DNA of 58,945 nt, filler included, from Sluysia triapertura (lineage: Eukaryota): assembly GCA_046118255.1 (NCBI GenBank). It is 4 parts of 4 records of this genome, joined end to end, with 100 filler letters (N's around TTAATTAATTAA, not from the genome) between each part and the next. Parts side by side here need not be neighbours in the genome. Positions count along the whole stretch, not along the records: positions 15,667 to 31,319 come from JBJNIA010222798.1; positions 31,420 to 45,421 come from JBJNIA010010984.1; 2 more parts are not named here. One strand, written 5' to 3'. Within the stretch, counting starts at the first letter, position 1. The number at the start of each line of letters is the position of its first letter. The notes beneath the pieces were generated by a model. It saw nothing but the letters and a program-made list of their open reading frames with translations. It had not been told where the DNA came from and ran no database searches. Below, one piece after another: positions 24,696 to 39,267 of this stretch. The position numbers were made by a program, and so were the translations under genes.

Positions 24696-27307
24696 TACAA
24701 CTAAAGTGATTTTGTATTAATAAGAAAATTGAATATTGAAGTTTTCTCTGAAGTATTACACTTAATTAACACCTCCATTTTCTTTAAATTTTTGATAGAA
24801 AATCCAACGTTAAGTTAAGCGTTTTATTCTAGAATCGTAGCAACTTGAAGAGGCTTACAGTCGGCCATATCATTTTTGTCATTCTGTGGTAATAAAAACA
24901 AAAATTTATAGAAATGTTTGCATTACCTAAAATGTACCTAAGAATTACCTAAGAGTTAGAAATATTACATTTTTTACTTTTATTTTGCCTATGATTTTAT
25001 GCACTATTATAAATTGTATAAATAAAATTTCTTCATTTTAAATTAAACGATGAAAATTATTTATTTTTAATAATTTTTAAGAGGATGCTGAAGTTTACTT
25101 TAGGTGGAACCCAAAAAACTTACAGTATTTTATTTTTATTTTGCTTATTCAAAAATTATTTTATTTTTTTCAAACAAAAGACGCTAAAGAAATCTTTAAT
25201 AAATAATGACTTCACATTATGGACTGACCGAGATTTCTCTCTCCCGAGGCCAAGACTTAAATTTTAATCTAATTTTATCTATAGTTATTTGAATTTCATT
25301 TGTAACATTATTTTATTTTCTTTATCAAATTGGAGTTGCATTATTTTTAGATTTATTTTAATATTTTCGACTGAATATTTTTAGAGAAATTTTAGAATTA
25401 GAAATGAAAACTTATAATTTTGAATTCGCTTGTAACTGAGAGTAATTTACTACAGGATTTTGTAAATTCACCTTTTCCAAAATAAATCTGTGATTATGTA
25501 TTTAAACTAATAATTTCCCAATCAAATAATTAACTAGCAAGCTAGAAAGCAAATTACTTAGAAATACAAGAAAATGTATAATTTAAAATGTTTACATTAG
25601 TTATAATAATTTTATTCAACTCGATGAATGAAATAGGTTTTAAGCCTTTTTAGAATTTAATAATAATTATTTTTATTACAATTTTTCGATAAATAACTCT
25701 CAGAAATTGAGTAAATTAATAATAATTATTACTGCACATTTATACATGCATGGTACTCACGACGTGTTATGAAATTTCTCAAATTTAAAAAGCCTGGGTT
25801 CATGATCTAAAATTATTATTGCCAGTTCTTAACTTGTAGACATTTTAATAATAATAATCAAAATAATAATAAATATAAAATTATAATAATTTATAATACA
25901 GAAAAATAAAACGCTCATATGAAATTCAAATATTGCATTAATGTCTGTCATGTCATATGACAAATGGAAATAATGTATAAGCGTTGTAAAAAAACGCATA
26001 ATCATATACGTTATTATTACAAAAAATTGAATACCACAGTTATACGCAAAGGTACTTGAACTTGTAAACTTATAAATTACTGATATTTAATTCAAAATTT
26101 CGTTGGTGCGATTCGCGGGAAAGCCGAACTTTACTCAATATGAGTTACTTTTCAAAGTAGCAGATTCGAGAATACTCTATAATAAGAGTAAGACAAGGAT
26201 TAAAATCAATTCAAGTTGCATTTATTAATATAATAAAATATAATCGAATTTTATTCATACTATTTATTATTTAATTGTTTCATTTTTGTAGAATAAATTC
26301 ATAGAATACCTTCAGTCTTATTTCGTGAAAGTTTATTTATTTGAATTTGAGTTGCACTAAGCCACAAAAGTAAAATGATACATATCAAAACATAAATCGA
26401 GTTTCAGTTGCCATAAGCAACGTTTTAATTTGAATAAACTTTTCCAAAATAAAGAAAAGTTAGTAAACATCAATTGTCTTAAGAAATTTATAAGTTTAAG
26501 AAGGTTTAAACAAAATAAAATCTTAAAGAAAAGCACAAAAATATCTGAAATATCTGAATTAACCTTTTTAATCTAAAATTATGATGGAATAAAAAAGAAT
26601 TCGACGTCTATTAAGTTTAATTATATTAAGAGTATAATGAAAATCAGTAAAGCATAAAAAGAAGTACCCTCAGAAGAAAGAATTTTCACAGAGTAACCTG
26701 GAATTATCTTAGAGGCTATTAGAAGTCCTTCTATTTTGCGTACCTGAAAAATAATATGCATTATTATTATTATTATTATTATTAGAATTTTAACCCAACC
26801 CAACAATTTATGTATCGATAAACAATAAATTAAGAAACCTACTATCATAAATGAAAAATACAGGATTTGTTCAAAGTACTAATATTGAAGATCAATAACT
26901 ATTTATGGTTATTTATAATCGTTTAATGTGTTTCAAATTTAGTAATTATTATTCAAGGCCTTTTTAAAAATAATTTCAAATTATTTGTTTATTAGATTTT
27001 GTCTATCTATTTAAAATATATTTTATGGATTCAAATTCATTATATAATTTAAAATGAGACTTATCAAATGACGCTATTCTTTAAATTAGGGTGGTAAGTA
27101 GTAATTAATATAAAATAAAATGAATTAATTAATATATTTAGCATAATATGTCGATGATATTTATATTTGTAACCTAAATTAAAAAATGTAATATTATATT
27201 GTAAAAAGTACAGATTTGAATCTTGAATCACAACTTTAATGGTTCATATAAATGAATCTGAAATTAAACATTGATAGTTTCAATTTAAATTATTAAAAAT
27301 TACTAAA

Positions 27308-27689
27308 TTATTCATAAAAATGTTTTACTTTTAAATTTTTCTTATTTTGATGAGAATTTCTTGATTTATATAACCTTTTATTTCTTTTTTCATATATTCT
27401 TCTTAACTTACCATTCATAAGCATATCATCATCATCATCAGAATTTTCTTGCATTTGATTACGGCAGAAATATATTACTAATAATACTGAAACTGGTCCT
27501 ACAGCATATATAAAAATGATTGAGATTAAAAATATAATTTCATCAAAGTTGTTATAAATTCTATCAAAAGTGTTGTTGAAGTAACCATGTTCAGAATGCG
27601 TGAAAGGTTTCAATAATTTCATTTGCTAAATTAAGATATAGCGAATTATTAATACATTTTAAAATTTAAAAAATAAAAGCATACACCAT
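27308..27689 (-). CDS. Small single-pass membrane protein, hypothetical
   Basis: 104-aa ORF with one hydrophobic helix, an acidic run and a basic tail. A possible upstream ATG|GTGTATG...TTTAG| intron joins in frame. Confidence 0.35.
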
Positions 27690-28026
27690 GTAAGCAAATA
27701 GATTAATTCAAACTAATTAATATAATATAAAACTAAAATCTTTTTCATTTTGTCTAAATTTTTAAAATATAATTAACAACAAAAAGCGCCAATTTATTAA
27801 TTATTCTTACAAGTCACATGTGTAAAATAAATCCTTTTTTCATTTTCGTTTTGAAATCATAAACTAACAGATTATAAAATGATTAATTTTGTTGTATAAA
27901 TTTTTTTAAAAATGTAATTAAAATAACAATTATTATTCTATTATTTTAAGCTATTAGAAAGAAAAATGTTCAGTCGCTAGAATTATATTAAAGGTGTTTA
28001 TAATTATTTGTTAAACAAAATGAAAA

Positions 28027-28830
28027 TCATTTTAAAAATGATGAAATTACGTAAATTACTTTTAAAATTATTTTATCAAACGAAGAAAATATGCGAAATA
28101 GCACTAACCGTTTGTTTGACATGATTTTCATTATGTACTTCATATTTAATTGATTATTGTTTCGTTTTTTAGCAATACTTTTCATCATTAATTTAATGAT
28201 TTGTATCCTTTGGTATGTGGTAATTTTATCATCAGCGTCATCACTTGAATTATACGATGCTGATGATCTTGCTTCACTGGTGTTATTCTTTCCATACTCC
28301 ATAGATATTAATTGTCCAACTTTAATCTTAAATTTTCTAATTTTATATTTACGTTTTTCGATTTTCATTTTCGAACTTTTTAATATTTCTATATATTACA
28401 ATTTATAGATTTTTTGCCGCAATGAATTCATTAATAAAATAATTTAAATTTTAATACTAAATTGTCTTTAATCTTTAGAAATAATTTTTGTTTCAACAAA
28501 TCAGATAAATTAGGATGTTTCTTGGTTGTGACATGCACAATCATAGAAATTAGATTTAACATTAATATTTGATGCAATTTAAAATCTTTAAAAAACGTTT
28601 GAAAATTCAAATAATTCATCTTTTATTAATTGGTTCATCATAATATTCTTGCTCTGTTTCTTCTTTATATTCATTCGGCTCCTCTTTCCAATTTGAATCA
28701 TTCTTTTGCCACAAATTATTGTGTCAATTGTTTTAAATATTCAAACAAAATAATTTAAAAATAGAATAAACTAAGTTTCTAGTTCCGTGTGATAAGCAGT
28801 TATTCTCTTCCTTTGTAAAATCCATGCATA
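28027..28830 (-). pseudogene. Decayed coding-like region of unknown function
   Basis: Broken minus-strand frames (WQKNDSNWKEEPNEYKEETEQEYYDEP; ORFs 28431-28619 and 28027-28368). Confidence 0.3.
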
Positions 28831-30620
28831 TTAATTTCTGAAAAGCCTCAAATAAAAATAAACAAATTAGATTATTTAAAATGTTTTCGTAAAATAATTT
28901 TGGATTAAAGGAATATTTTTGAAAAAGCTAAACATCTAATGAAAAGTGCGTTAACATATTATTAATAGAAAAATCGAACTATTTGTAATTGTAACTTTGC
29001 TGATGATGCACTTTAATAATTGAATTTTCAATTTTATGTAGTACATTTAATCTAGTTTTATTTTTACACCTGCTGTACTTTTTTGACAGATAAAGATTTA
29101 TTCACAGTTTTATTGGATTTAATATTTGATTTGGAGTTTCTGAATCTTCATTATTAGATATATACAGTACTATATGAGCTTCATTAGATAAATATACATA
29201 CAAGACTTAGATTCAGATATATAAATTAATTTGACACTCTAAAAATAAAAAATTACAAACCCGAGAAATTAAATAGGAATGTAATTTTTATTGTCTTAGA
29301 TATATTTATTCAACGCCATTTAATTGTTATACTTGTTTTTAAACTTTTTGATACATTTAATATGTTGAAACAAATTTCATTTATATTTATTAACCAAGAT
29401 AAATTTCAAAATAAGCATTTGGAAAATTTCAATGTTAATCTGTTTTATTTGATTTGATTCTTCATAGACTGCATCCCAATTTAAATAAATTCTTTAATTT
29501 TTAAAATGCTTAAATTAAAACAAAGGATAAGTAAAACATATATTTCGCCAAAAATTATTGAGTTGAGTCAATAAATAATATTAAAAGTATTTATAAATTA
29601 TTTGGTAAATAAAATGAAAATTATTTTGAAAATGGCAAAACTGCTTCAAATGACTTAAAATTAGTTATCAAAAACAGAATATATGCCTAGTGGCAATAAT
29701 AAATAACTAACTGCTAGTTAGACGTAATTTTCTTTATATTATTCGACTAAAATGTAACACCTTGTTAAACATCTCTGCAATTTCACTAACGATATTTAAG
29801 TGATTAGTTTTTTCGTTTTTTAACAACGTATTTCATAATTAAGTAAAATAATGATACTAATCGTAGTGTTTTATCTTAAACCCTTGTCCAAACAATTTGA
29901 TTATACTTTTTTACCATTTCTACTTTTACTATCTATGTTGACATTTTTTATAATATTCATTTACTTCATATTCGTTTAAATTTTCAACACGAAAATATTA
30001 TACGAATTGTTCCTTTAATTGTAATTTTAATTATCTCCTCATTTAACACTTCTGATTTATTCTATTCATTTAAAAAATCATTAAATTCATCGAAATCATT
30101 TATATATTCAGACCCCTCTGGCTCGTAATTTTAATTTGAGTTATTCTTTTGTAATGTTAATTTTTTAAAAATATTGAAACAAAACAATTTAAACATTGAA
30201 TAAACAATATTTTTAGTTCTGTTCTATTGTAAAAGTCTCGAATACAAATTAACAAATCCAAGAAATTAAAAAGGAATGTAATTTTTACACCAATCTAATT
30301 TTTAGACCAATTTATTCTACTAAAATTAATTAATAATGAATTCATAATAATTAATTAATAATAATTCATAAGTAATTTAATTTTTAAAATACAAAAATAT
30401 TTTATTTCTCAAAATTTTGATTTTCATATATGATATTTAATGTGATTTTTCAGGTATTCCATTCTTATTTAAAGAATTATTTTGTGGTAACATGTTATAT
30501 TTAAGCAGAGAATAAATAAAAAATATTTCGCCAAAAATATTATTCCCAGCTATTAGTAAGAATCCTCGGAAGTCATTAAATTATATTAAATTATATTTAT
30601 GAATTATTTGGCACGTAATG
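28730..30620. repeat. Local diverged tandem duplication
   Basis: Segments 28730-28790, 29260-29290 and 29530-29605 recur in the same order at 30163-30225, 30258-30290 and 30515-30612. Confidence 0.65.
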
Positions 30621-30859
30621 TCTTTCAATAACTTTATTTTTCCAAATTATTAAATTAAAATTCAATAACTAAATAATCCAAAATCTCGATATATTCTTTA
30701 TATTATCACAAGATTGTAACCAAAATATATAAATAACTCTTTATAACAATATAAATCACTCTTCAATGACATATATTAACCAGGGCTGACACAACTTATT
30801 TATATTTTCGCACTCGTATTAATTCAAAATATAAAAACTACGAAAAAATTACTAACCCT

Positions 30860-32240
30860 TGTTCTAAAAGAAAATGGTTTATTTTAGTGAATTACTAAAG
30901 AAATAACTTTAATCTCACGGTTATCCGCAGATGAACTAAGGTAGCTTCCCTGAAGTTGAAAAGTTAATCGATTTTTCTTTACTTCGTCTTAATGTCGGCT
31001 TTGCTTCTTCTTTTATTGCAGAAATGTTATTTCTTATATAGCAGTTTTGTGACAATTAGTGAAATTAAAAATCAGAAATCGCACACGACGGAAATTAAAG
31101 ATGTCGATTTTCTTTTAGCCGACTAATTTCGCCGATTAAATGTTGACAGAAATTTCTGTCTATGTTCAACTTCATTATCATTCTAATTATCTAAAGATAA
31201 TTGAATTTGTGGCAAACAATCCCCCTATCTTTATAATATCATCTAATTAAAATTTAAAATCATTGTTACATTGCTTTTATAATAATAACGTAATTTGTCA
31301 ATTTAATTTAACGATAAAANNNNNNNNNNNNNNNNNNNNNNNNNNNNNNNNNNNNNNNNNNNNTTAATTAATTAANNNNNNNNNNNNNNNNNNNNNNNNN
31401 NNNNNNNNNNNNNNNNNNNAAGAGTAATTGATAAAACAAGTAAAAATAAAATTAAATTAAATTTTAAAAGGTTAAACAATGTAATGCCCTCGACAGTAAT
31501 TATTATTTTATTGATTTGAGTTAAGAGCGTAATTTTTGGGTTGAATAAATAAGAAAATTTGTGATGATTCATACTTGATCCAGTGAATATTGAAATTATT
31601 TGAGATTCTATTCAAGTAAATTAAATTGAAATTCATTTATTGTTATTATTATTCAATTTTATATTTAGATACAGGTTTTTTGCCATATTGACAGGAGGAT
31701 TTTATCCTAGCTTCACGTAGTGTAAAAGTGATTATAACCTACTTTAACCTACTTTAAATTTACTAGGTGAAGATATAATAGTGATTTTGGTCATTACTGC
31801 TACAGTATGAGTTTTGTATAAATTTTCGACTTCACAATATATTGTCCTGCAATTGTTGGAGTAGCGTCCTTGGTGAGATTTGTGGTAAACAATCCCCTCA
31901 TCTTTTCAACATCATTAAATTAAAATTTAATATCATTATTATATAGGTATTCTAACAATGTATTAACTTAAATTAATAATGCAATGTATTAACTTAAATT
32001 AAGGAATAATTAATAAGTTTATTTTTCTACGGGAATCTTTGCTTCAACCGAACGTTGCACTTCAAGTCAATATTATATTTGGATTACTATCTCTATAAAC
32101 ATCAATTTAATATATACTTTATTAATAGTTGAACATCTGAACATATTTAACTTATAAAAACTAATTAAAATAACTAATATACGTCGACGTGCTTCATAGT
32201 ACTTCATCATTAAAAATACTAATAAAACTCATCATCATTT
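30860..32240 (+). repeat. Unclassified interspersed repeat family (AAACAATCCC core); two partial copies either side of the linker
   Basis: Shared motifs ACTAAGGTAGC, AAGATAATGGGATTT.TG..AAACAATCCC...AAATTAAAATTTA and TCGACGTGCTTCAT. Other copies at ~33900-34420 (-), 49400-49990 (+), 51655-51725 (+), 51960-52100 (-) and 56370-56810 (+). Confidence 0.7.
31320..31419. other. Assembly linker
   Basis: N44-TTAATTAATTAA-N44. Confidence 0.95.
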
Positions 32241-34531
32241 TGGAGGTGTTAAAGGTAGATGTTCGAATATATGTGAGCTGTACATAGTAGGATCATGAGA
32301 AGCTTCTTGAGTCTTTTTAGCTTCAGCTGTACCAAGATTGTAAGCAGCTGCTTTTGATTTTCTGTTTGAGTGCTAAACCTGAATTGATAAACCTGAAAAA
32401 ATTAACTTATGTAGTCATGTACAAGTACAAAATACACTCATAAAACCAAAAAATTAAAAATGGAAATTGTGAAGTAGAAAAAAGGTGTTGAGTTATAATG
32501 ACGACGGAATGACAGAGTGTATTGCATTTGATAATCTATTCTAAAACGTTAATAAATAAATCTCGTTAAACATTTGTGGTTTTGTAATATTGAGAGAGCA
32601 ATGAATAATGTAATGTTATGAATGATGTAAATAAAATATGTTAAAATGTGTTTTTGTGATGAAGTTTGTGTGTTGTTGGTTATATGGTTTATGTGATGTG
32701 AACGCAATCGTGGGCTGAACCATCACGAATGTTTATTTACTAATGTTACTAATGTTACTTACTAAATCTAAGTCTCATGCAAAATTAAAATTAAATGCAT
32801 AAAAGCTAGGATTTTAAGTTGTCACAGTAATTTTAATAATGAAAGTACTCCTCTCCTAACTAATTCACACTTTTTTCATCTACATAACAAACTAAACCGC
32901 ATTAAGCTCTCTTCGAATATATTATATGGCGCAACATATGTGTGCAATCTTAGCAGTGCCTATTCACGCTGGGTTTTTACTACACATTTGACACTTCTCG
33001 ATATGTACAGTTCATTAAATCTCTTTCACTCAGATCCATATTTAACATTCTTAAGTCATATCGACATCACAACACCTTCAGAACACCAATAACTTAAGTA
33101 TATTTTGTAAATGTTTTGTAGTATGATTTTATGAGGACAATATTTTAACTAAAAACATGAATAAAGTCGATAGATTTTACATCTTAATTTGTTAATTTGG
33201 TTGCTTAAACCCATTGACATTATTTCGTAATTTATTCCATTTATGTATATAAGGTGTATCGTTTGTTGTATAAAAATAGTAGTTTCAATTATTAATTCTG
33301 TGATTTATTTTTATAAAACTTGTTTAGGACTTAAGCAAAAAGAAGAAAAGAAATACATAAGTTTACTTTAGTTTGTTACACGTTGTCAGTAGTTACAAAC
33401 AAGCTTATTTTATGTTTAAGACGTTATTGAACTCATTAAGCACCAGCAAAATCAATTGTTAGTGAAAAAAGTCAGATAAGATATTTTTTTAGAAAATTTA
33501 GATGAATAGGTGTCTTCGTTCGAGATTCCATTTAAATTTCAGTCACAAAATGTATATTAGCGTTATATGTTTTGTTCTTCAAAAGCAGAAAAAATATAAA
33601 GACGTTTTTGGTAATATAAGGTGTTGTCGATAGCTAAATGTTATATTATATATTTTACAAATTTCAAGTTCTTGGGTTTAGTTAAGGATGGAGCACCTAT
33701 GAATGTTATAAATTGTAGAATTAAAGAATAAGACAAGTATTATTGGAAAAAATAAAGTAAAATATCGTGATGAGTTGTGTTTGTTAATGGGAAACATTTG
33801 GAAAATGTTAAAATTAAAAAGGTTTTACTCTTTGAAATATAAAGTAAATTTATTAATTAATTTAATAAAATTTGTTTGGTTTAATAATTTTATGTAAGAT
33901 GTCTGTACATGAGAAAATAATACATGAACTAAACTATAATGTTGAAATTAATCAGTATTACTAATGTTAAAATTAATTAAAATTAATTAATGCCGGTAAA
34001 TTAAAAATTATTTTAATTAATCTTCAATAATGTAAACCTAAACTTATATATGTTATAATGTTAAAGTATAATTAAGGTATACATCAAGTTAATCAGAAAT
34101 CCCATTATCTTAGGGTAATTGCTGAGAGATGTCGATGGAAATTATCGTCAAAATTTAATTTTTAGAATTGGTCGGCTTATAACCGATTCAAAAGAATAAA
34201 TAATTACTTTTACATTCCAAATTTTAATATCCTAAGCAATTATCTACATACTGTATAATCGATCGTATCATATCAGATATGCAGAAGAAATAAATAAAAC
34301 GGCAGAAGACATAAATGAAGAAAAACTGTGACTTCATTAGGAAAACTGCTTAACACAATTATGATTGAAGCTTCATCTTTAGTACTTGACATTCTGTGAT
34401 ATTATGATTAGAATAGTTAGTTAGCCCTCGTTGTTATTACATATTTATTTTTGTTTAAATACTGACATTAACATTTTCTGTGTCATGTATTTTATTTATT
34501 AAGTGATTGTATAAAGGGTCAGAATTTTTAA

Positions 34532-34715
34532 TACCTAGAAGGCCCACATGCATCAATTGATGTAAATGCTTGCAATTGGCTGATACTTTCAGAAGTGTGT
34601 TGCAATTAAGGTTATGATATCATCGTTTTTTTCATAATTTTCCAATGTAAACTCCGGTGATTGCATAACTTAAATGTGTCATTTGCCTCAATTGACGCAC
34701 TTGGTCCTTTTAGTG
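34532..34715. mobile_element. Degenerate piggyBac-type MITE
   Basis: TTAA on both sides (34528-34531, 34716-34719). Imperfect ~37-bp TIRs: TACCTAGAAGGCCCACATGCATCAATTGATGTAAATG versus reverse-complement CACTAAAAGGACCAAGTGCGTCAATTGAGGCAAATG. Confidence 0.7.
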
Positions 34716-35258
34716 TTAATTATTAATTAATTTCAAATAAAGACACAATTAAATAAATTTGAACTAATAATAGCTATAATTACTGTTTTATTCCAGAGAT
34801 AAGTTGACCGAGTGTTTCTGTTGTCCATCTCCATAGTCCTCAAGGTACAAATAACAATAATAATATTCATAATAACAAATAATAATTTTAACAAATAATG
34901 ATAATAATAAAAATATTAAATAATGAAATCTAAACAAGGCTTGGAAATCCAAAAGACGTGGTTCATATAATAAATTTAGTATAAATAGCAGAGTATGACA
35001 CTGCGGGGAGGGCTCTTTATATTTTTTTTCAGAAATTTATTATAAATATTTGACTTCATTTTTAAATCTTTATTAAAAAAGTTAAAAATTTACCTATCAA
35101 AAAGCAATTTAAATTAAACTTTAAAACCATTAATAAAATAGGTTTAAGGCTTTTCGTAAATAACAAATTTAACAAATAACAAAGATTGAATTTATTTTTT
35201 TTCATAACATTTAAAAAAATATAGATAACGATAAATAACAAAGTTATAGTATATTTAC

Positions 35259-35876
35259 TAACTATTTTATTGTTTTTAATACTCTCGAAAATTTGTGCCA
35301 TTATTTCTTCGTCCAAATAATAATTATTGTCTTTTTCATGTAGCATTTTCCGGAATTGTTCATACGTCATGGGAGACTGCTGTTTCTTAGTAGCCACGTT
35401 GTGATGACTGACATTGAGTATAATGATGAGACAGATTATAATATAAGCAGCATTTGAATTGCTGATTAAGTGTGGATTCATTTTGCTATAGATTTTTGAT
35501 AACGCTTCAAATATAATTTCCATATTAGCTGAATCACCAGGTAAACGAAATTCTTCTAAATATACCCGAAGTGCTTGGTCTATTCGTAAATTGCGGCAAT
35601 TGTATAATTTTAGTTATTAGTTAAGTATTTCTGATGAATTACGTTTTCCGATCAACTCTCCAACCATGCGCTTATCAATATCATAATTGAAATATTTCTT
35701 CACTAACTCGTGCATATCGTAATATAATTTTAAGATTTAAATTGAATTTTAAATCGAAATTCAATTTACCATCTCGACCAACAGTTTGTAATAAATTCCA
35801 AAACGCATTACTAGTTTTAGCTAATTTAAACGCATTCATCGTTAATTTTTTTAGTTTCATTCTAGTTAAGAGCCAT
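35259..35876 (-). pseudogene. GBF1-like Sec7 (ARF-GEF) domain fragment
   Basis: IDKRMVGELIGKR...LRIDQALRVYLEEFRLPGD...IILNVSHHN...KKQQSPMTYEQFRK...IFESIKNNKIV parallels GBF1 LDKKMIGE...LRLDEALRLYLEAFRLPGE...IMLNTDQHN..RKQNAPMTLEEFRK. Two in-frame TAA at 35614-35619. Confidence 0.85.
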
Positions 35877-38800
35877 GGTATATTAAAGTTTGTAATTTTT
35901 TAATCAATAAATAATATTTTTTAAGTTTTCAAAAACTTTTAGTTTTAAATTAAATTTTAGCTTTAACCATCTTTTCTCAATAATGTATAATTGTTAAATT
36001 TATTTAATGGTATAATTTTCTTTTAGCTCAAACTAGATCTAAATATACAATTTTTTGGGTAAAAATAGGTAAACACAAAAATCGTTGTAGAAATGGTGTT
36101 AAATTATAGATTGGTTGAACTTGGTGACGATGATGTATTAAAGTACAAAATTTTAAACTATTTGCCCAACTACTTCCAAGATTAATAATACTAACATTAT
36201 TTGACTTGACTTATATATACATAAATATATACAAGTTCATACGAACATAAGAATATGAAGAAAAGTTGATGGTAAAGATAAGAGAAGTAATAATGATAAC
36301 GATGTCATTATTACATTTTAACATGATGATTTGATGATATTATGATGTTTTTCTAAAAGTTATGACAATAATCATAATAATTATTATACATTTTAATACG
36401 ATTTGATTTATAATAACAATAACTATAGTTCATGACAATTATAAACAATGATTATGGTTGCTTTTTGAATGATTCAAGTAGTTTGTTTAATGTTCTATGT
36501 ATGTATGATAAGTTTTTATGTGAATTTTATATGTTTTCCCTACAGACACAATAGAGTACTAGTAATAAATTATTATTTTAGTAATCAAAATTATTTTTCG
36601 GCACAAGCGACTATAAAATTTTTTAATTTAATTTAATTTTTTAGCAATATTATCTCACTGCATTTTCATTTAATAGTGGGACAAATATTTTTTTATTTGG
36701 TAGATAATCGTTATAGTCTGGTCACCTATACATGAAAACATTTATCCATTGAAACACAATGTGATATAAAATCCACTTAAACTGCTACATAAGTCTTTTC
36801 CATCAGTATTTTAAATACCTGGTCAAAATCAGAAATATTTGATTATCTTTATGACTGAAACATTTATATTGAATATTATATTTGTTGTTACATCATTGTA
36901 CAGTTTTTATTATCTATTGTTGAATTTGTGCTAAAAATATTAATTTTTGAGAGATTGATTTTGATATTTTGTATTTACTACTTGTGCAACTTTTGAAAAC
37001 ATTATAAATAAAAGTTATGTAAGAAAAGATAAGCACGAGTTAAGTTACCTACAACCAGTTTTAAGACTTGGATTACAGGCGAACATTCATCAATAGATAA
37101 ATGCATAATTTAAGCATTAATAACAAGTGTGCAATTTTAAGTTTTTTCAAAATAAATTCAAAATTGTGTCCTACTTTCTTTGTTCTGAAATAGTCGGAAA
37201 TGAAACATACTATAAGCGCGTTTATTTTTAATGTCAGTTAAAATTTCTAAAAACTGTAAAGTTGAACTAAGTTCTCTAGTTTCTAAAAACAACCGTAGAT
37301 CATACACTCCAATAGTATCCGCGTAGACATTAAAATGTACTTGAACTTTAAACTGAAACATCCTACTTTCTCTCCGCATTTTCTCGATTTATTGAGTGCA
37401 AGACAAATTCAACTGCTTGACTTAACCACCTAAGCGGAGTAAACGTCACATCATCCTGCATCTCAGTTATGAACTTAATTGGTGATACACAACAATTTAC
37501 ATTTATTATATCAGGACAAATAAACAATTTTCAATTTTTAGATAAATTTAGAATAATTTGGCAATAAAGGATATTATATCAAAAAATAATGTTAACTCTT
37601 TGTATTTAATTTAAAATTTCTATCAGTTATTTATTGTTGTATTTTGATAATTTCTTTTTTTCTTATTGGTTCTTTTTGTTTCCTATATTTTCGTCTAGAC
37701 ATTTTACGATTTTATGTTACTTTTTGAAATATTCATTGCTTATACTAAATTTTGGAAATATTAAGCATAATTTAACTTGGATATAAAAGAAGCGTATATT
37801 TTTTTAGTTTATAAAAATTCAGTTCATAAATTTTAACATTATAATATTTTAATAATAGACATATTCAAGTAATTTTTTATTACTGTTTTCTTTGCTTTCA
37901 CACTTGCAAAATATTTGATGACTGACGACTGACTTTAGTTTTCTTTATTGAACTTTACTATACTTAGAATTATACTATACTATAGAATTATATTTCTATT
38001 CAGTTATGTTTGATAAAGTTTTAACTTCAAAGATTTCCAATTTGATTTATTTTTCGTATTCAATTAAGACTTTTCTGTGTTATTCTTTTAAATTCGAAAA
38101 TAATTAATTTATCGAGAACTTAACAGGCAACTCAGCAAATACTTTCTATTATTTTTTAAAGGAAGTAAGATAAAATGTATTAAGTACAATGTAATATTCG
38201 TAAAATTTTAGTAACACCAGTTGCATAAAGCAAGGAAACAAAATTCAATATAATACATACACTTTAATATAAGTCGAACTTAATATCGGACTTTAAATTT
38301 TAATAAAAGATTTTGTTCGTAGCGTTAAATGTATAAACTGGATTTTGAATCTTGCGCGAAACAAGAAAAAAACCTATATATTATAAACTTACGAAAAAAC
38401 GCGATAACAAAATGGATTTTTGGAAGTTATTAATGTTCAGTTTTGTCACGAACAGTAATATAGTGACGAAATAAAGTTACGAAGTAATAATTGTAAGTAT
38501 GTAACAAAATAATATTGTTTTAAAGTCGAATATTATTAATATTAAGTTTTAATTTTAGATTATCTTTATTTAATGTTCTTAAATTTTGATTACATATAAT
38601 TTTGTCTATCGTAATTTAAATTATTTTGATCGAGAATAATGTTGTTAATTTTTAATTACATACTAGTTCTCTTCTATCTTAATTTAATAATACTATATAT
38701 AATTTAATATATAGTATTCTGAATGATGTTTTCAAGATAATTTTAATCAGATTTTATGTTCTTAAAGTTTGATTTTATATTGCTATTATTAATTCTATTT

Positions 38801-39267
38801 CAAAATAATTTCTTAACTTTAATAGTAAGATTTAATGTTTATAACTTTTAATTTCATATTACCTTTATTGAATCATTTTATGATTATTTATAAAATTTCA
38901 ATTTAAATTTGATTGTCATTTTTTACTAAATTTTGAATTTATATTAATTGTATGTAATCTCATTTTAAATTGATAGAAAACTATAATCTCAGTAATTTTT
39001 TTAGCATTATGTTTTAAATTATTTTAGAATTAAAATACTCTTGAATAATAATTATTTTAACAGTAAACATGAGTATTATTTTAAAAAATTAACATTACAA
39101 AATATTAATATATTACTTATTAACTTAAACAAATCTCTCGTGTAGTTGATTCTTTCTTGTGTTGGGATTATCAAACTTTTAAATAAGAAATATTTAAAAT
39201 GGATATAGAATTACAATTAAAGAAATGGTTGATAAAATAATGTGCAGAATATAACATAGTTGGAATA

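Noticed and set aside
35614-35619. In-frame TAA codons in conserved domains (Sec7, Rbfox 43107, upstream of the KDM1B-like ORF) suggesting stop-codon reassignment
   Set aside because: They align to different residues and co-occur with deletions or frameshifts, and the intact long ORFs contain no internal TAA and end in TAA. Ordinary pseudogenisation explains them.
36720-37470. Possible hAT transposase remnant on the minus strand (LRWLS motif)
   Set aside because: Only one short motif; not enough to support a call.
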